The position numbers were made by a program, and so were the translations under genes. Source: Candidatus Aenigmatarchaeota archaeon (GTDB lineage Archaea; Aenigmatarchaeota; Aenigmatarchaeia; GW2011-AR5). From it: 64,000 nucleotides of DNA. The DNA is taken from positions 128,001 to 192,000 of the forward strand of contig JACQID010000006.1 in the NCBI GenBank assembly GCA_016198685.1, in the 5' to 3' direction. Shown here piece after piece: positions 1-9,641 of the stretch (its first letter is position 1; each line of letters starts with the position of its first letter). The notes below the pieces were generated by a model. That model worked only from the letters and a program-made list of their open reading frames with translations. It was not told the origin of the DNA and made no database searches.

Positions 1-1279
1 TAGTTATTCCTACGACAAGATCTCCTTTTGACGCAAGGGCTTCGACCTGCCTTTCAAAAACGCTTGAATAGCCAAAATCGTTGCTTATTGCAGTGAGTAT
101 TGTCGTGTCGGCATTGAGCGCGAGTGCAGGCAATCCTGCCCTTTCCCGGCCGAAGCGGCCGACAAGCTCGCCGACAAAATGCTGCGCATCGGAAGCCGAA
201 CCCCCATTGCCGAAAACAAGTATCTTCTTTCCGTTCCTGTAAGTTTCTACCATCAATTCTGTGAGCTTTTCTATTGCAGGAATCTCATTTTCCATAACCG
301 CTTTCATTACATCCATGCTTTCCTGGAGATACCGGGAAGCTCCTGTTTTGCCGTTATTCTTGATTTCGTCGGGAGTAACGGTTGACGTACCCATCTTGCC
401 TACGACTATTCCGGCTGCCTGATTTGCAATGACCGCAGCGTCCTTTATTTCCATGCCTGCAGCGATGCATAGCGCAAGTGTTGCAACTACTGTGTCGCCA
501 GCTCCCGAAACATCAAAGACTTCCTTAGCTTGAGTCGGTATAGTCATCTTCCTGCCGGTTTTCTCATAAAGGAACATGCCCTTCTCGCCTCGGGTTATAA
601 GCACATTTGTGGAAAGCATATTGCATAGAGACTGCGCACATTTCTCGACATCTTCTTCCCCTGTCATTTCCTTCGCCTCCTTCTCGTTCGGAGTCACGAG
701 AAAAACGCCGTTAAAGAGGCGTACGTTCTTGGGCTTAGGGTCTACTATGATATTTTTCCCGTTCCTTGCGCAGGAGTCATAAAGGAACTGCAATACGTTC
801 TCGGTTATCACGCCTTTTCCGTAATCAGAAACTACGATTATGTCCACGAACGGGACTGCCCTTTCTATATTTTTTATCAATGCGCTTTCCACTGACGTGC
901 CGACTTTGTCGGTTTTCTCGTAATCAAGCCTGAGCATTTGATGCATCTGTCCGAGAACACGCGTCTTTTCTATCGTTGGCCTTCCGCTGTCGCGCAAAAT
1001 GCCGGATGTATCTATGCCGGATTTTTCCATCTCTCGCAAAAGCACAGAACCGGAAGAATCAGAACCTACAACGCCTATAACATGCGCGAGCCCTCCGAGA
1101 GACAGTATGTTATTTGCAGTATTTGCAGCGCCGCCCGGAACGAAAGATTCCCTTTCGACACGCACGACAGGTACTGGGGCTTCAGGCGATATTCTCGTAA
1201 CATCGCCGTGCAGGTATCTGTCAAGCATCACATCCCCTAATACAAGCACTTTCCTGCCGGCAAGTAGCGAAACGTCCAT
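1..1279 (-). CDS. RfaE/HldE-type heptose-7-phosphate kinase fused to GmhA phosphoheptose isomerase (3' end runs off the window)
   Basis: Hand translation from ATG 1279, with no stop to position 1: [59 protein letters not shown] (PfkB/RfaE-I), then in frame [24 protein letters not shown] and AISNDFGY (GmhA SIS motifs). Absent from the ORF track. Confidence 0.92.
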   Translation of the reverse strand, partial: MDVSLLAGRKVLVLGDVMLDRYLHGDVTRISPEAPVPVVRVERESFVPGGAANTANNILSLGGLAHVIGVVGSDSSGSVLLREMEKSGIDTSGILRDSGRPTIEKTRVLGQMHQMLRLDYEKTDKVGTSVESALIKNIERAVPFVDIIVVSDYGKGVITENVLQFLYDSCARNGKNIIVDPKPKNVRLFNGVFLVTPNEKEAKEMTGEEDVEKCAQSLCNMLSTNVLITRGEKGMFLYEKTGRKMTIPTQAKEVFDVSGAGDTVVATLALCIAAGMEIKDAAVIANQAAGIVVGKMGTSTVTPDEIKNNGKTGASRYLQESMDVMKAVMENEIPAIEKLTELMVETYRNGKKILVFGNGGSASDAQHFVGELVGRFGRERAGLPALALNADTTILTAISNDFGYSSVFERQVEALASKGDLVVGIT

Positions 1280-1378
1280 GAAATCAGATTATAACTATAG
1301 GGAAAAGACTTAAATATTCCTCATACCTTTTCATACCATCTGGGTTATATTATCTTGCACTGTGCGTATAATAGTTTC

Positions 1379-1915
1379 ATGCTAATCTTCGATGCTGCCG
1401 CAGGGGCTATAAACAAACATTTCAATTTCCGCAAGGTACGGATAACGTCTGGATCCGAGAATCTTGCGCGTATAGACGGCGACGAACTCATGCTCACGCT
1501 AAACGTCAAGGATCCTTTCGTTTCAGAACCTTCCTATGCCGCGCTTATTGCCGTCAGAGAAACATATCTTGCAATGTACGGGCGCGACGGTCTGCCGGCA
1601 GACTTGCTTGCGAACAGGAGCGTTATAAGGGACGGTATGGGGAAAGAGCTGGCAGGCTACTATTTCTTTCTTCTCATGGAAAGGAAAAACAAGAATGCCT
1701 CGACATTGCGGGAATTTGTGGAACTAAACGTGCCGCATCTGAGTTTTGCCGGTCTCGATGAAGGTCAAGCTGATATCTTCCGGGATATAGTAGAGTCATT
1801 TACCGTCCCTCCGGAAGCGAAGAAAAAAACGGAAAGGCTTTTCCTTTTATGCAGGGATGCATACAGGAATTACGAGGAATTGAGAAAAGAAGCCGAGGAA
1901 ATATGCAAGTCATAA
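1379..1915 (+). CDS. hypothetical protein
   Basis: Long ORF, divergent from the previous gene, overlapping the next start. No recognised motif. Confidence 0.7.
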   Translation: MLIFDAAAGAINKHFNFRKVRITSGSENLARIDGDELMLTLNVKDPFVSEPSYAALIAVRETYLAMYGRDGLPADLLANRSVIRDGMGKELAGYYFFLLMERKNKNASTLREFVELNVPHLSFAGLDEGQADIFRDIVESFTVPPEAKKKTERLFLLCRDAYRNYEELRKEAEEICKS

Positions 1916-2691
1916 GATATGCGTGGAAAGACTGGAAACCCGTATTCGTCACATCAGCAGGCGGCACTATGCGGTTATTTGAAGAGGAACTGCGTTTCGT
2001 TGCAGGCCGGAAAAGATGTACCGGGTATTCAAGAAACGGAAAGCGTATTGAATGCCCTGAAAGTGCCGAGGCAGGCGAATCAAAATGTGGCAATTGTATG
2101 CTGCGGGATAATTTCTTTATGTGCATCAAATGCACAGGCAATGAGTGCCTTAATCCTGCTAGGAGAGAGGAATGCAGAAAAGAAAAGTATTTCATTTATC
2201 TTTCGGCATTTGACTCGCTGCTAAAAGTCGGAATATCCCAAAGCTACCGGCTTAGGGAAAGGCTGGTGGAGCAGGGCGCGGATTTTGCAGCCAAAATCGC
2301 AGAAGTTCAGGACGGCAAAACTGTTCGTTTAGTGGAGCAAGGCATAGCATCGGCTTTGGGCATAACGGACAGGGTAGGCGGCGCCGAGAAACAGAAGAGA
2401 ATATTTGGAGATCCGAATGCCTCGGTAAAGCAGCTTTTGTCCGCCATCTCCCAGCTTCAGAACAGCGGATTCAATGAATATCTCATAAATCCGGAGATCT
2501 ACGACTTGCGGGAGTATTACAGGCTCGGGAATGTTCTTTCGTCCCCGACTCCTATAGCTGTCAAAGAAGGAACCGAGATATCGGGAAAAGTCACCGCTGC
2601 CAAAGGCAATATACTGATACTTGAAAACGAAGGCGCATTTCTGTCGCTTAACGCTCACGACATTATAGGAAGAACGATGGAAGGAATTTAA
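1903..2691 (+). CDS. DUF2797-family protein (Cys-rich N-terminus)
   Basis: CxG...CP...C..C cluster plus YLSAFDSLLKVGIS...RLVEQGADFA. ATG 1903 overlaps the upstream stop region. Confidence 0.75.
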   Translation: MQVIRYAWKDWKPVFVTSAGGTMRLFEEELRFVAGRKRCTGYSRNGKRIECPESAEAGESKCGNCMLRDNFFMCIKCTGNECLNPARREECRKEKYFIYLSAFDSLLKVGISQSYRLRERLVEQGADFAAKIAEVQDGKTVRLVEQGIASALGITDRVGGAEKQKRIFGDPNASVKQLLSAISQLQNSGFNEYLINPEIYDLREYYRLGNVLSSPTPIAVKEGTEISGKVTAAKGNILILENEGAFLSLNAHDIIGRTMEGI

Positions 2692-2715
2692 GTATTATCG
2701 GGATAGTTGTCAGTC

Positions 2716-3348
2716 ATGAAAGGCATCGAATTTATCGCCGGAATAGGTGGCGGGTCAAACATATACGTCATAGACGGAGAATTGCTCATAGATACCGGCA
2801 CAGGTGAATATTTTCAGGAAACAAAAGTGCTGATAGAAAAGACCCAAAATGTTTCTAAACTCAAGACAATAATCAATACCCATTGTCACTATGACCATTC
2901 AGGAGGAGACAAAAAATTCAGGGACTGGCTCGGAGCGACGGTATGCGCGCATGAAAAAGACAGAAAGGCGCTGGAAACAGGCAACGGGACACATGCCAAG
3001 TTGTTTGGTGCCGTGTCTCGTATAGTCACCGTCGACAAAAAATTGCGCGATGGAGCTAAAATAAAAACGGAAAACTTTTCTTTTGAAGTCGTTCACACCC
3101 CTGGCCATACGCCCGGATCAATATGCCTTTACGAAAGCGAAAAAAAGATACTTATTTCGGGCGATACGCTCTTCGAGAACGGGGTAGGCAGGAGCGATTT
3201 TGAAGGAGGCGATCGTGCAGAGCTTCGTACATCCATAGAAAAACTATTCACGCTTCCTATAACTCATCTTCTCCCTGGACACGGCCTTCCGAGAAGCAAT
3301 GGAATTAATTTCTATATAAAGCAGCTTCTCGTGCAAAATATGGTTTAA
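2716..3348 (+). CDS. MBL-fold metallo-hydrolase (glyoxalase II-like)
   Basis: THCHYDHSGG, HTPGHTPGS, SGDTLF, PGHG motifs. Confidence 0.9.
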   Translation: MKGIEFIAGIGGGSNIYVIDGELLIDTGTGEYFQETKVLIEKTQNVSKLKTIINTHCHYDHSGGDKKFRDWLGATVCAHEKDRKALETGNGTHAKLFGAVSRIVTVDKKLRDGAKIKTENFSFEVVHTPGHTPGSICLYESEKKILISGDTLFENGVGRSDFEGGDRAELRTSIEKLFTLPITHLLPGHGLPRSNGINFYIKQLLVQNMV

Positions 3349-3444
3349 TTCCATTTTTACTTCAATATATCGACGTTAAACTGTCTCATAATCGGAATAC
3401 GTCATATCAGGTAGAGTTTTATTCTTTCGGTTGCACATAGTATT

Positions 3445-3768
3445 ATGGCGAGAAAAAACAGAGACTTCAGGTATTATTGGGAGAAAGACCGAGGAGAAGA
3501 AGCATCTAGCGACTCAATGCAGCCCGTGCCAGTGATGATAACAGAGACCGAAGAAGAAGTCATATTGGAAGCAGGATTGTCCAATCTTGACGCGGCGTTC
3601 AGGAACTCGCGAAAGAAAGCAGGTGGAACAGAAGATTATACAGATGCCGTGAAAAACTTCTTTACTCGTGCACGCAGCTTCACGGCAAGCGCAGTATACA
3701 GCGACGGCGTTCTGACCGTGAGCATAAAAAAACCGGCAGGGAAGAGGCGCAATTCAAGCGCTAAATAG
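3445..3768 (+). CDS. divergent Hsp20/alpha-crystallin-like small protein
   Basis: ITETEEEVILEA and ASAVYSDGVLTVSIKK resemble alpha-crystallin strands; the middle is diverged. Confidence 0.5.
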   Translation: MARKNRDFRYYWEKDRGEEASSDSMQPVPVMITETEEEVILEAGLSNLDAAFRNSRKKAGGTEDYTDAVKNFFTRARSFTASAVYSDGVLTVSIKKPAGKRRNSSAK

Positions 3769-4755
3769 TAGCATGCCCTTTTCCTCGCGGCAAGCTATCT
3801 TTTTGCCGGTGAATTTTTCTATGACATAAATGTTAGACTGGCAATGCGGCGTCACTGAAGGTACGGACACGTTCCCTCCCGCTATTGCAATGTAAGGAAG
3901 TATCTGGTCGGCCATGTGCTTGTCCATGCCTGCCGGATTTTCATGCGCCCGGATGAATTCCTCGCATGCTTCTTTCGCAAGGTTTTCGGCATTTCTTTTT
4001 CTTTCTGCAACTGCGCAGGTGCCTATGAAGGAATTTTCGTATTCCGCATATATGTCAATGCCTCCGCCCGGACTCGATGAATCGCAGTATTCTGCTTTTA
4101 TCGTGGGAGTGTAAGCTTCCAGAATTTCTTCTGCATGTTGCTTCATTCTTTCTGCAACTTTTGCGTTAGCAAGGCTCGTGCTTGCAAGAGCAGTACCATA
4201 CGCCTGCAAAAGTCTGCCTCTTTCTATAATATTGATTTTTTTTAACGAGCATGGCTCCAAGGTGCCTTCTACTAATCCGCCTCCCTGAGGGTAGAATCCG
4301 TGTTTTATGATGGTTATATTGCCTGCATACCCAAACTTTTTTAGAATAGGAATTGTAACATTCTGGATATATCCTACTGATGGCGCCCACTTGTTGACCG
4401 TGCCGCCTTTTATTTTCAGCAATGTTTTGCATTTCATAGCCGGTATCATGATTGCCTGAAGCACAAGAGCAATGGAGCCGGCACTGCCTACATCAATATC
4501 AATACTTGTTGATTTGAGTTCGCCGGGCGTGAAGAGAAGGGATGCCGATCCGGGATAATTACCTTTGACTTTTGCATTGCACAGTTTGGCTACGGCATCG
4601 ACCGCCGCAACATGCTGCCTTTGCAATCCTGGATTTTTCCGGCCTGCCCTAATTCTTTCTATCTGGCAAGACTTGCCTGTGAAGGCAGAGAATGCGACCG
4701 ACAGACGCACTATGGCGCCTCCTCCCTCGCCATGAGAGCCATCTATCTCTAACAT
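3754..4755 (-). CDS. rtcA: RNA 3'-terminal phosphate cyclase
   Basis: IDGSHGEGGG, RAGRKNPGLQRQH, HGFYPQGGG, DKHMADQI. Confidence 0.95.
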   Translation of the reverse strand: MLEIDGSHGEGGGAIVRLSVAFSAFTGKSCQIERIRAGRKNPGLQRQHVAAVDAVAKLCNAKVKGNYPGSASLLFTPGELKSTSIDIDVGSAGSIALVLQAIMIPAMKCKTLLKIKGGTVNKWAPSVGYIQNVTIPILKKFGYAGNITIIKHGFYPQGGGLVEGTLEPCSLKKINIIERGRLLQAYGTALASTSLANAKVAERMKQHAEEILEAYTPTIKAEYCDSSSPGGGIDIYAEYENSFIGTCAVAERKRNAENLAKEACEEFIRAHENPAGMDKHMADQILPYIAIAGGNVSVPSVTPHCQSNIYVIEKFTGKKIACREEKGMLLFSA

Positions 4756-4854
4756 AAGAAAGAATTTGGCGGCAAGCTTTATAGCTGTACAACGAGACAG
4801 GCGTGCTTCAAGGGTCCATGCGTATTGTGGGGCTATGGGTTAAATATACGACAA

Positions 4855-6096
4855 TCAAAGCTCAAGCGTTTCGCCGTTTGCCGGCGCAAATGCTTCCCTG
4901 CCGGTCTTTCTTATTTCCTTGGCAAACTGCTCGCAGGAATCGCCATGAACGCATACGACCTGCGACGGGTTTGTTTCTTCTATTATGCGCATGAGGCCCT
5001 CACGGCTGGCGTGAGCAGAAAGCTCGTATTGCTCGACGCGGCAATTAATGTCAAACTTTTCGCCTTCATTGTTGTATACCTTATTGTTAAGAACGCCCCA
5101 GCCCGGAGAGTCCTCCACTAGGTAGCCGGTGAACATAATGCGCGCTTCCTTGTCGTCGGCAATACGGCGAAGGTAAGATATTATCGGTCCTCCGGAAAGC
5201 ATGCCTGCAGATGAAAGTATTATGGGGCGGTTCTTCATTGCAGCTGCCCTGCCTTTTTCGCTTCGAACCCACATGATCTTATCCAATACGCCTTGCAGCT
5301 TTTTTGCGTCTTTTATCCTATGTCCATGAGAAGACACAATTCCTGTGGCTTTCTTGGCCATGCCATCCAGAGCTATGTATTTCGCGTATTTTTCAAGAAG
5401 CAGTAGGACTTCCTGTGCCCTGCCTACAGCAAACGCAGGAATAAGGGCGGTCTCGCCTTCAGCTATGACCTCTTCAACGCTTTCAATGAGTTTTTCTTCT
5501 TCTTTTTCTCTCGGAACGCGGTTGCGGCCTGCATAGGTGCTTTCGGTGACAAGAACGTCCACGCCTTTCGGAAGCCTTGCGCCGCGTAAAAGACTGGTGG
5601 GCTCATTATGAATATCCCCCGTATAGAGCAGGTTCTTGTCTCCTTTGACGAGCACTGAAGCTGAGCCGGGTATATGGCCGGCATCAAAAAGACTGCAATT
5701 CAAATTCCCTGCTTTGAAGGGCTGCCCGTAGTTGATAGTGTTAGTTTGTTTTACTGCCTTCGCCAATTCCACTTCAGAGAATGGCATCTTGTAGCCTTCC
5801 TTTTTGGCTATCTTGATGGAATCCTCTATGAGCAATTGGGTAAGATTAAGCGTCACATCTGTCATATAAGCCGGAAGTTTCCATTTGCTGTATAAACGGG
5901 GCAGCGCGCCGGAATGATCAAGATGAGCATGGCTAATAACAACAGCATCCGGTTTCTCAGGCGGTAGCGGCGCGTATTCCGGAGGCTCCGGACGTATCTT
6001 CACGCCGTAGTCCATGAGTATGCGCGAATTTCGTGATTCCATAAGCACGGCGCTTTTCCCAACCTCGCGGCCTGCGCCGAGAACTGTAAGTTTCAT
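4855..6096 (-). CDS. beta-CASP MBL ribonuclease (aCPSF/YSH1-like)
   Basis: LGAGREVGKS, SHAHLDHSG, AGHIPGS, YTGD, ESTY, FAVGRAQE, SAHA, VHG. Confidence 0.92.
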   Translation of the reverse strand: MKLTVLGAGREVGKSAVLMESRNSRILMDYGVKIRPEPPEYAPLPPEKPDAVVISHAHLDHSGALPRLYSKWKLPAYMTDVTLNLTQLLIEDSIKIAKKEGYKMPFSEVELAKAVKQTNTINYGQPFKAGNLNCSLFDAGHIPGSASVLVKGDKNLLYTGDIHNEPTSLLRGARLPKGVDVLVTESTYAGRNRVPREKEEEKLIESVEEVIAEGETALIPAFAVGRAQEVLLLLEKYAKYIALDGMAKKATGIVSSHGHRIKDAKKLQGVLDKIMWVRSEKGRAAAMKNRPIILSSAGMLSGGPIISYLRRIADDKEARIMFTGYLVEDSPGWGVLNNKVYNNEGEKFDINCRVEQYELSAHASREGLMRIIEETNPSQVVCVHGDSCEQFAKEIRKTGREAFAPANGETLEL

Positions 6097-6163
6097 CTAG
6101 TTTCACTCTGTATTACGATATCTATTTCAGCGGAGGATATAAAAAGGAAAACAAAGCCAATAA

Positions 6164-6432
6164 TCAAACCATATTCTTTTCTATGAAATCCTGTATCTTA
6201 TCTGCCATTCGTGGATTGAGCGAAATATGTAACCCATAGTCAGGGGCTTGGGCAGGAGAAACCCTTCTTTTATTGGTTCTTTTCCCGCATCTTTCATCTG
6301 TCCTTTGAGATGCTGCGGGACGCCTTTTTGTAGGTTCTCAAAATCCGTATGCTTGCCGCCCCAATACGTATGTCTCGAAAGTTTGTCAAGAATCAGCGCC
6401 TTTAATTTATTTTTATTTATCAGAGGAGGCAT
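6164..6432 (-). pseudogene. small helical (winged-helix-like) protein with an apparent 1-nt frameshift
   Basis: MPPLINKNKLKALILDKLSRHTYWGGKHT...KEGFLLPKP continues more naturally in another frame as DYGLHISLNPRMADKIQDFIEKNMV*. The span is 269 nt, one short of a codon multiple. Confidence 0.5.
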
Positions 6433-6487
6433 GCAAATTTCACTCCTCTGGAAATACTTCGGGACCAAAGTCCGAAAATATTTATAT

Positions 6488-6531
6488 TATTCATAATTAT
6501 GAATATTCAAACTTATCTATTCAAAGTTTGA
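6488..6531. promoter_or_regulatory. two palindromic operator-like sites in a divergent promoter
   Basis: Perfect 18-bp palindrome TATTCATAATTATGAATA (6488-6505) and 8-bp inverted repeat TCAAACTT-N9-AAGTTTGA (6507-6531). Confidence 0.55.
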
Positions 6532-6546
6532 TTCTTTAGTTATATA

Positions 6547-6882
6547 ATGTCAAAAGAAATGGAACCATCGCTCTTTGTGAGATTTTTCGGGAACGCTCCT
6601 ATAGTGAAGATAATGGATTTCCTGATAGAGAACAGGCTTTTTGATTATTCAAAAACGGAAATAGCGCGGAACGCCGGCGTTGGCTGGAGCACCTTGCATG
6701 GGATATGGGGAGAACTGGAAAGGAACGGCATAGTCATAAAAACGAGAACCATAGGAAGGGCCGAGATGCACAGGCTCAACACGGACAACCTGCTCGTGAA
6801 AAATTTCATAGAGCTTGACAGGAATTTTTCAAAGTCATACGCTGCCAGAATGGACGCAGGAAAGGATAGAATAGAGGCGTAA
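6547..6882 (+). CDS. winged helix-turn-helix transcriptional regulator
   Basis: YSKTEIARNAGVGWSTLHGIWGELERNGIVIKTRTIGRAEMHRLN is an HTH plus wing pattern. Confidence 0.85.
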   Translation: MSKEMEPSLFVRFFGNAPIVKIMDFLIENRLFDYSKTEIARNAGVGWSTLHGIWGELERNGIVIKTRTIGRAEMHRLNTDNLLVKNFIELDRNFSKSYAARMDAGKDRIEA

Positions 6883-6885
6883 TGC

Positions 6886-7035
6886 ATGGCGCTGAGAAAT
6901 TCCTTTGGCTTCCTTTCCGGAGAAGATATAGAAGAACTGCAACAGCGCATGAGAAATATCCGGAAACAACTATCGAAAGACGTGGAAAGGCATCTAATAC
7001 ACTGTATGCGGCAATCAACGAAGATAAAGCCTTAA
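6886..7035 (+). CDS. possible 49-aa peptide resembling a VapB-type antitoxin C-terminus
   Basis: MALRNSFGFLSGEDIEELQQRMRNIRKQLSKDVERH..., amphipathic. The frame differs from track ORF 6882..7070. Confidence 0.3.
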   Translation: MALRNSFGFLSGEDIEELQQRMRNIRKQLSKDVERHLIHCMRQSTKIKP

Positions 7036-7052
7036 TAAGGTGGGAAATTTCC

Positions 7053-7060
7053 TTTTTAAG
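7053..7060 (+). promoter_or_regulatory. putative TATA box of the cas6 operon
   Basis: TTTTTAAG 22-29 nt upstream of ATG 7082. Confidence 0.5.
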
Positions 7061-7081
7061 TTTTCATTAGCAATCATTTTA

Positions 7082-7822
7082 ATGAGGCTTATTCTTTCTT
7101 TGAAAGCGGAAAAGGACATGGCTTATGATCAGAAGTATTTCGGCAAAGCGCAGGGACTTATTTACGGTCTCCTGAAAGGCGGCCCGTACGACAAGCTGCA
7201 CGACAAGAAAGGCTTCAAGTTTTTCTGTTTCTCCAATGTTTTTCCGACAAAGAAAGACGAGCCAATAAAGGAAGGTTCTGTGAAGAGCTTCATAATTTCG
7301 TCTCCTGACAGGAATTTCATTTCCGCCTTGAGCGATGCAGTGCCTGTAGGCACCAAGATAGAAATAGGTGAAATGCAGTTTTCATTGGTCGGAAAGAAGA
7401 CTGTCCAGCCGAAATTGACCGGCGACTGTAGGATAAAGATAATGACCCCCCTAATACTCCGGATACCCAAGCGCATGTACGCGGAGTACGGGATAGAAAA
7501 CAACTACAATTACACCTACTGGAGGCCCCAGACGGACGTTAACGCTTTCCTTAAGCAGTTGTCGGACAACGTATACAAGAAATACAACGAGTTCCACAAG
7601 ACGGACGTCAAGGAAGACTACATCTTCCAGCAGTTTATGTTCAGCGGCAGCCATCCGATTCACCCCATAATTGACCAGATTGAGCAGACGATAATAGGCA
7701 GCTACTGGACTTTCATGTTCCAGGGCCTTGGCGAACAGCAGCGCGCCCTGCTCGAGTTCGCTCTTGACTCTGGGTTCGGCGAACTCAACTCTATGGGATT
7801 CGGGTTCGGGAATGATGTGTGA
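7082..7822 (+). CDS. cas6: CRISPR-associated endoribonuclease Cas6
   Basis: LHDKKGFKFFCFS, SFIISSPD and the C-terminal G-loop GFGELNSMGFG. Confidence 0.96.
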   Translation: MRLILSLKAEKDMAYDQKYFGKAQGLIYGLLKGGPYDKLHDKKGFKFFCFSNVFPTKKDEPIKEGSVKSFIISSPDRNFISALSDAVPVGTKIEIGEMQFSLVGKKTVQPKLTGDCRIKIMTPLILRIPKRMYAEYGIENNYNYTYWRPQTDVNAFLKQLSDNVYKKYNEFHKTDVKEDYIFQQFMFSGSHPIHPIIDQIEQTIIGSYWTFMFQGLGEQQRALLEFALDSGFGELNSMGFGFGNDV

Positions 7823-7843
7823 ATAAAAGGCAGCTGTGAAACT

Positions 7844-9637
7844 ATGATTAAACAATTGGTTGAATTTGTAGAGAAATTCCCTGCAAGAAGTTGGGGAGTA
7901 GAACGACTCAAAAACGATCTCGAGCGGTCAAAAAAGAACTTTTTCTTTGCAGTTAATACCAGAGATGACATAAAATACAACGATTTTCATATAGTGGGGA
8001 TAGAAAATCCATTTCCTAAAGAAAAAGAGCTATCAAAGAAATTCATCGGCTTGGAGAAATGGTCAGAACAAAACAAAAGTTTACTGAAATATACGGAGTT
8101 TCGTCCATATAGAAAGCCGATAGGGAGTCATAACTCATGTTTAGGCAGTAATAGCGGGCTTGGAACAATAAGTCTTTCGCACTTTGAGCTGGAAAAAGGG
8201 AAAAAAGTAGATGAAAAACTTTCTATGCAGAAAGGGATTAGAGACGAAATCCTCAAAGTTTTTAACGACAAAAAAACTGGCAAAGTCGTTGCGCATATGC
8301 GGGCAATAAATGACGGAATTTTTCAAAATTTAAAAATTAACAGAGGAAAATTAGAAGATTTGTACACCGATTTTTTCAATGACTTATTTACTAAAATACC
8401 CGAAGAATCGTATAAACAAATATTCAAACACGAGGTCGTAATTTTCAATGATGTAATTCTGGGAATAAAACCACAAGATCGTGTGAAAAATGAGGATGAC
8501 GCAGAATCATTTATATATCCTAAATATTTTAATGGTCAGAATAGTAAAAAGCCATTTTTAATAGAATCTAGAACCCGTCCGATTAAACGGAACTTGTTAA
8601 TATCGAAAGCGGATCAAGAAAGAATACATGAATTTATGGTTAAAATACTTCCGGATATAGGAACGCCTTTCATTTTGCCTTTAGAAGAAAAATTGCAGAA
8701 AAAGATGGCTGGAGATATTGCATATAATGAAAAAAATTTCTTTAAAACAGTAGAAAATTTGTTGGATAAAAAAGAGGGAAATAATGGAACAATTGCAGAC
8801 AGATTTGATTTCTATTTTGTAGACCTGAGAGCCGGAAAAATATGTTTTTTTGATTATGTATCCAATTATCGGTATGATTTCCAGAACCCTTTTTATGAAA
8901 TTTTCCCGTTGGAAACGAGTATAAAATCGACACAATTTAATAGAAGGAATCTCAATGAAATATTTTCTAGGTTATTGGGTCAAAATAAAAGCCTTTCGTG
9001 CATCCCATGGGCCGATATTCCGAAAAACATGAATACTTCAAAGAAATCTGCATACATCCGGCTTCGGGAAAAAATGTTTGAAACAATATATCTTGGAAAA
9101 GCAGTATTGACGGAATATGAAGTGGCAAATCTATGTATTATGTTGATTGAAGATAGTATAATTAATGAAGATCATGCCAAAGTCGGCCATATTACAAATG
9201 ATTGTTTAAATTTTTTTATTAACTCTTATTTGTATACTGTTGGAGGCGAAAATATGAGGGAAGATGTAATATCAAAAGCAAAAAAAATTCAAGAACAAGT
9301 GTCCGGTAAAAAATTTAATCCTATTAGCAAGGAATCAGCGTTTTACTTATTGGGAAGGCTACTCAAAAGACTATGCGATAAATCAGAAACGTCTAATGAA
9401 AAATCAAGACTTCTCCAGCCGATAATAAACACTCATACTATTTCAGGGCTTAATAGAGTTGTCACTGAAAAATTTGTAGAGAAATATGCCTATAAAATCA
9501 GTGAGAATGATATTGAAACAGCGGAGCTTATAAATAAAGTCCTGCCGTTTTTTGCAGAACAAGACGGAGAAGAACCTATCAGAGATCTTAAACTATGGCT
9601 TTATGCTGGGTTTTTCTCTAATATGAAAGAGGTGTGA
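7844..9637 (+). CDS. cas8b: type I-B Cascade large subunit Cas8b
   Basis: 597 aa between cas6 and cas7; helical C-terminus AFYLLGRLL...WLYAGF. Assignment rests on position plus motif. Confidence 0.8.
   Translation: MIKQLVEFVEKFPARSWGVERLKNDLERSKKNFFFAVNTRDDIKYNDFHIVGIENPFPKEKELSKKFIGLEKWSEQNKSLLKYTEFRPYRKPIGSHNSCLGSNSGLGTISLSHFELEKGKKVDEKLSMQKGIRDEILKVFNDKKTGKVVAHMRAINDGIFQNLKINRGKLEDLYTDFFNDLFTKIPEESYKQIFKHEVVIFNDVILGIKPQDRVKNEDDAESFIYPKYFNGQNSKKPFLIESRTRPIKRNLLISKADQERIHEFMVKILPDIGTPFILPLEEKLQKKMAGDIAYNEKNFFKTVENLLDKKEGNNGTIADRFDFYFVDLRAGKICFFDYVSNYRYDFQNPFYEIFPLETSIKSTQFNRRNLNEIFSRLLGQNKSLSCIPWADIPKNMNTSKKSAYIRLREKMFETIYLGKAVLTEYEVANLCIMLIEDSIINEDHAKVGHITNDCLNFFINSYLYTVGGENMREDVISKAKKIQEQVSGKKFNPISKESAFYLLGRLLKRLCDKSETSNEKSRLLQPIINTHTISGLNRVVTEKFVEKYAYKISENDIETAELINKVLPFFAEQDGEEPIRDLKLWLYAGFFSNMKEV
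9254..9637 (+). CDS. cas11: probable internally translated Cas11 small subunit (127 aa)
   Basis: GGAGG at 9242-9246 followed by an in-frame ATG at 9254 inside cas8b. Confidence 0.6.
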   Translation: MREDVISKAKKIQEQVSGKKFNPISKESAFYLLGRLLKRLCDKSETSNEKSRLLQPIINTHTISGLNRVVTEKFVEKYAYKISENDIETAELINKVLPFFAEQDGEEPIRDLKLWLYAGFFSNMKEV

Positions 9638-9641
9638 AAAT

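Noticed and set aside
179-1313. Plus-strand ORFs 179..385, 576..782, 938..1240 and 999..1313
   Set aside because: Shadows of the real minus-strand kinase-GmhA gene.
6882-7070. 62-aa track ORF between the wHTH gene and cas6
   Set aside because: No protein-like pattern and it runs through the cas6 promoter; the alternative frame 6886..7035 is more plausible.
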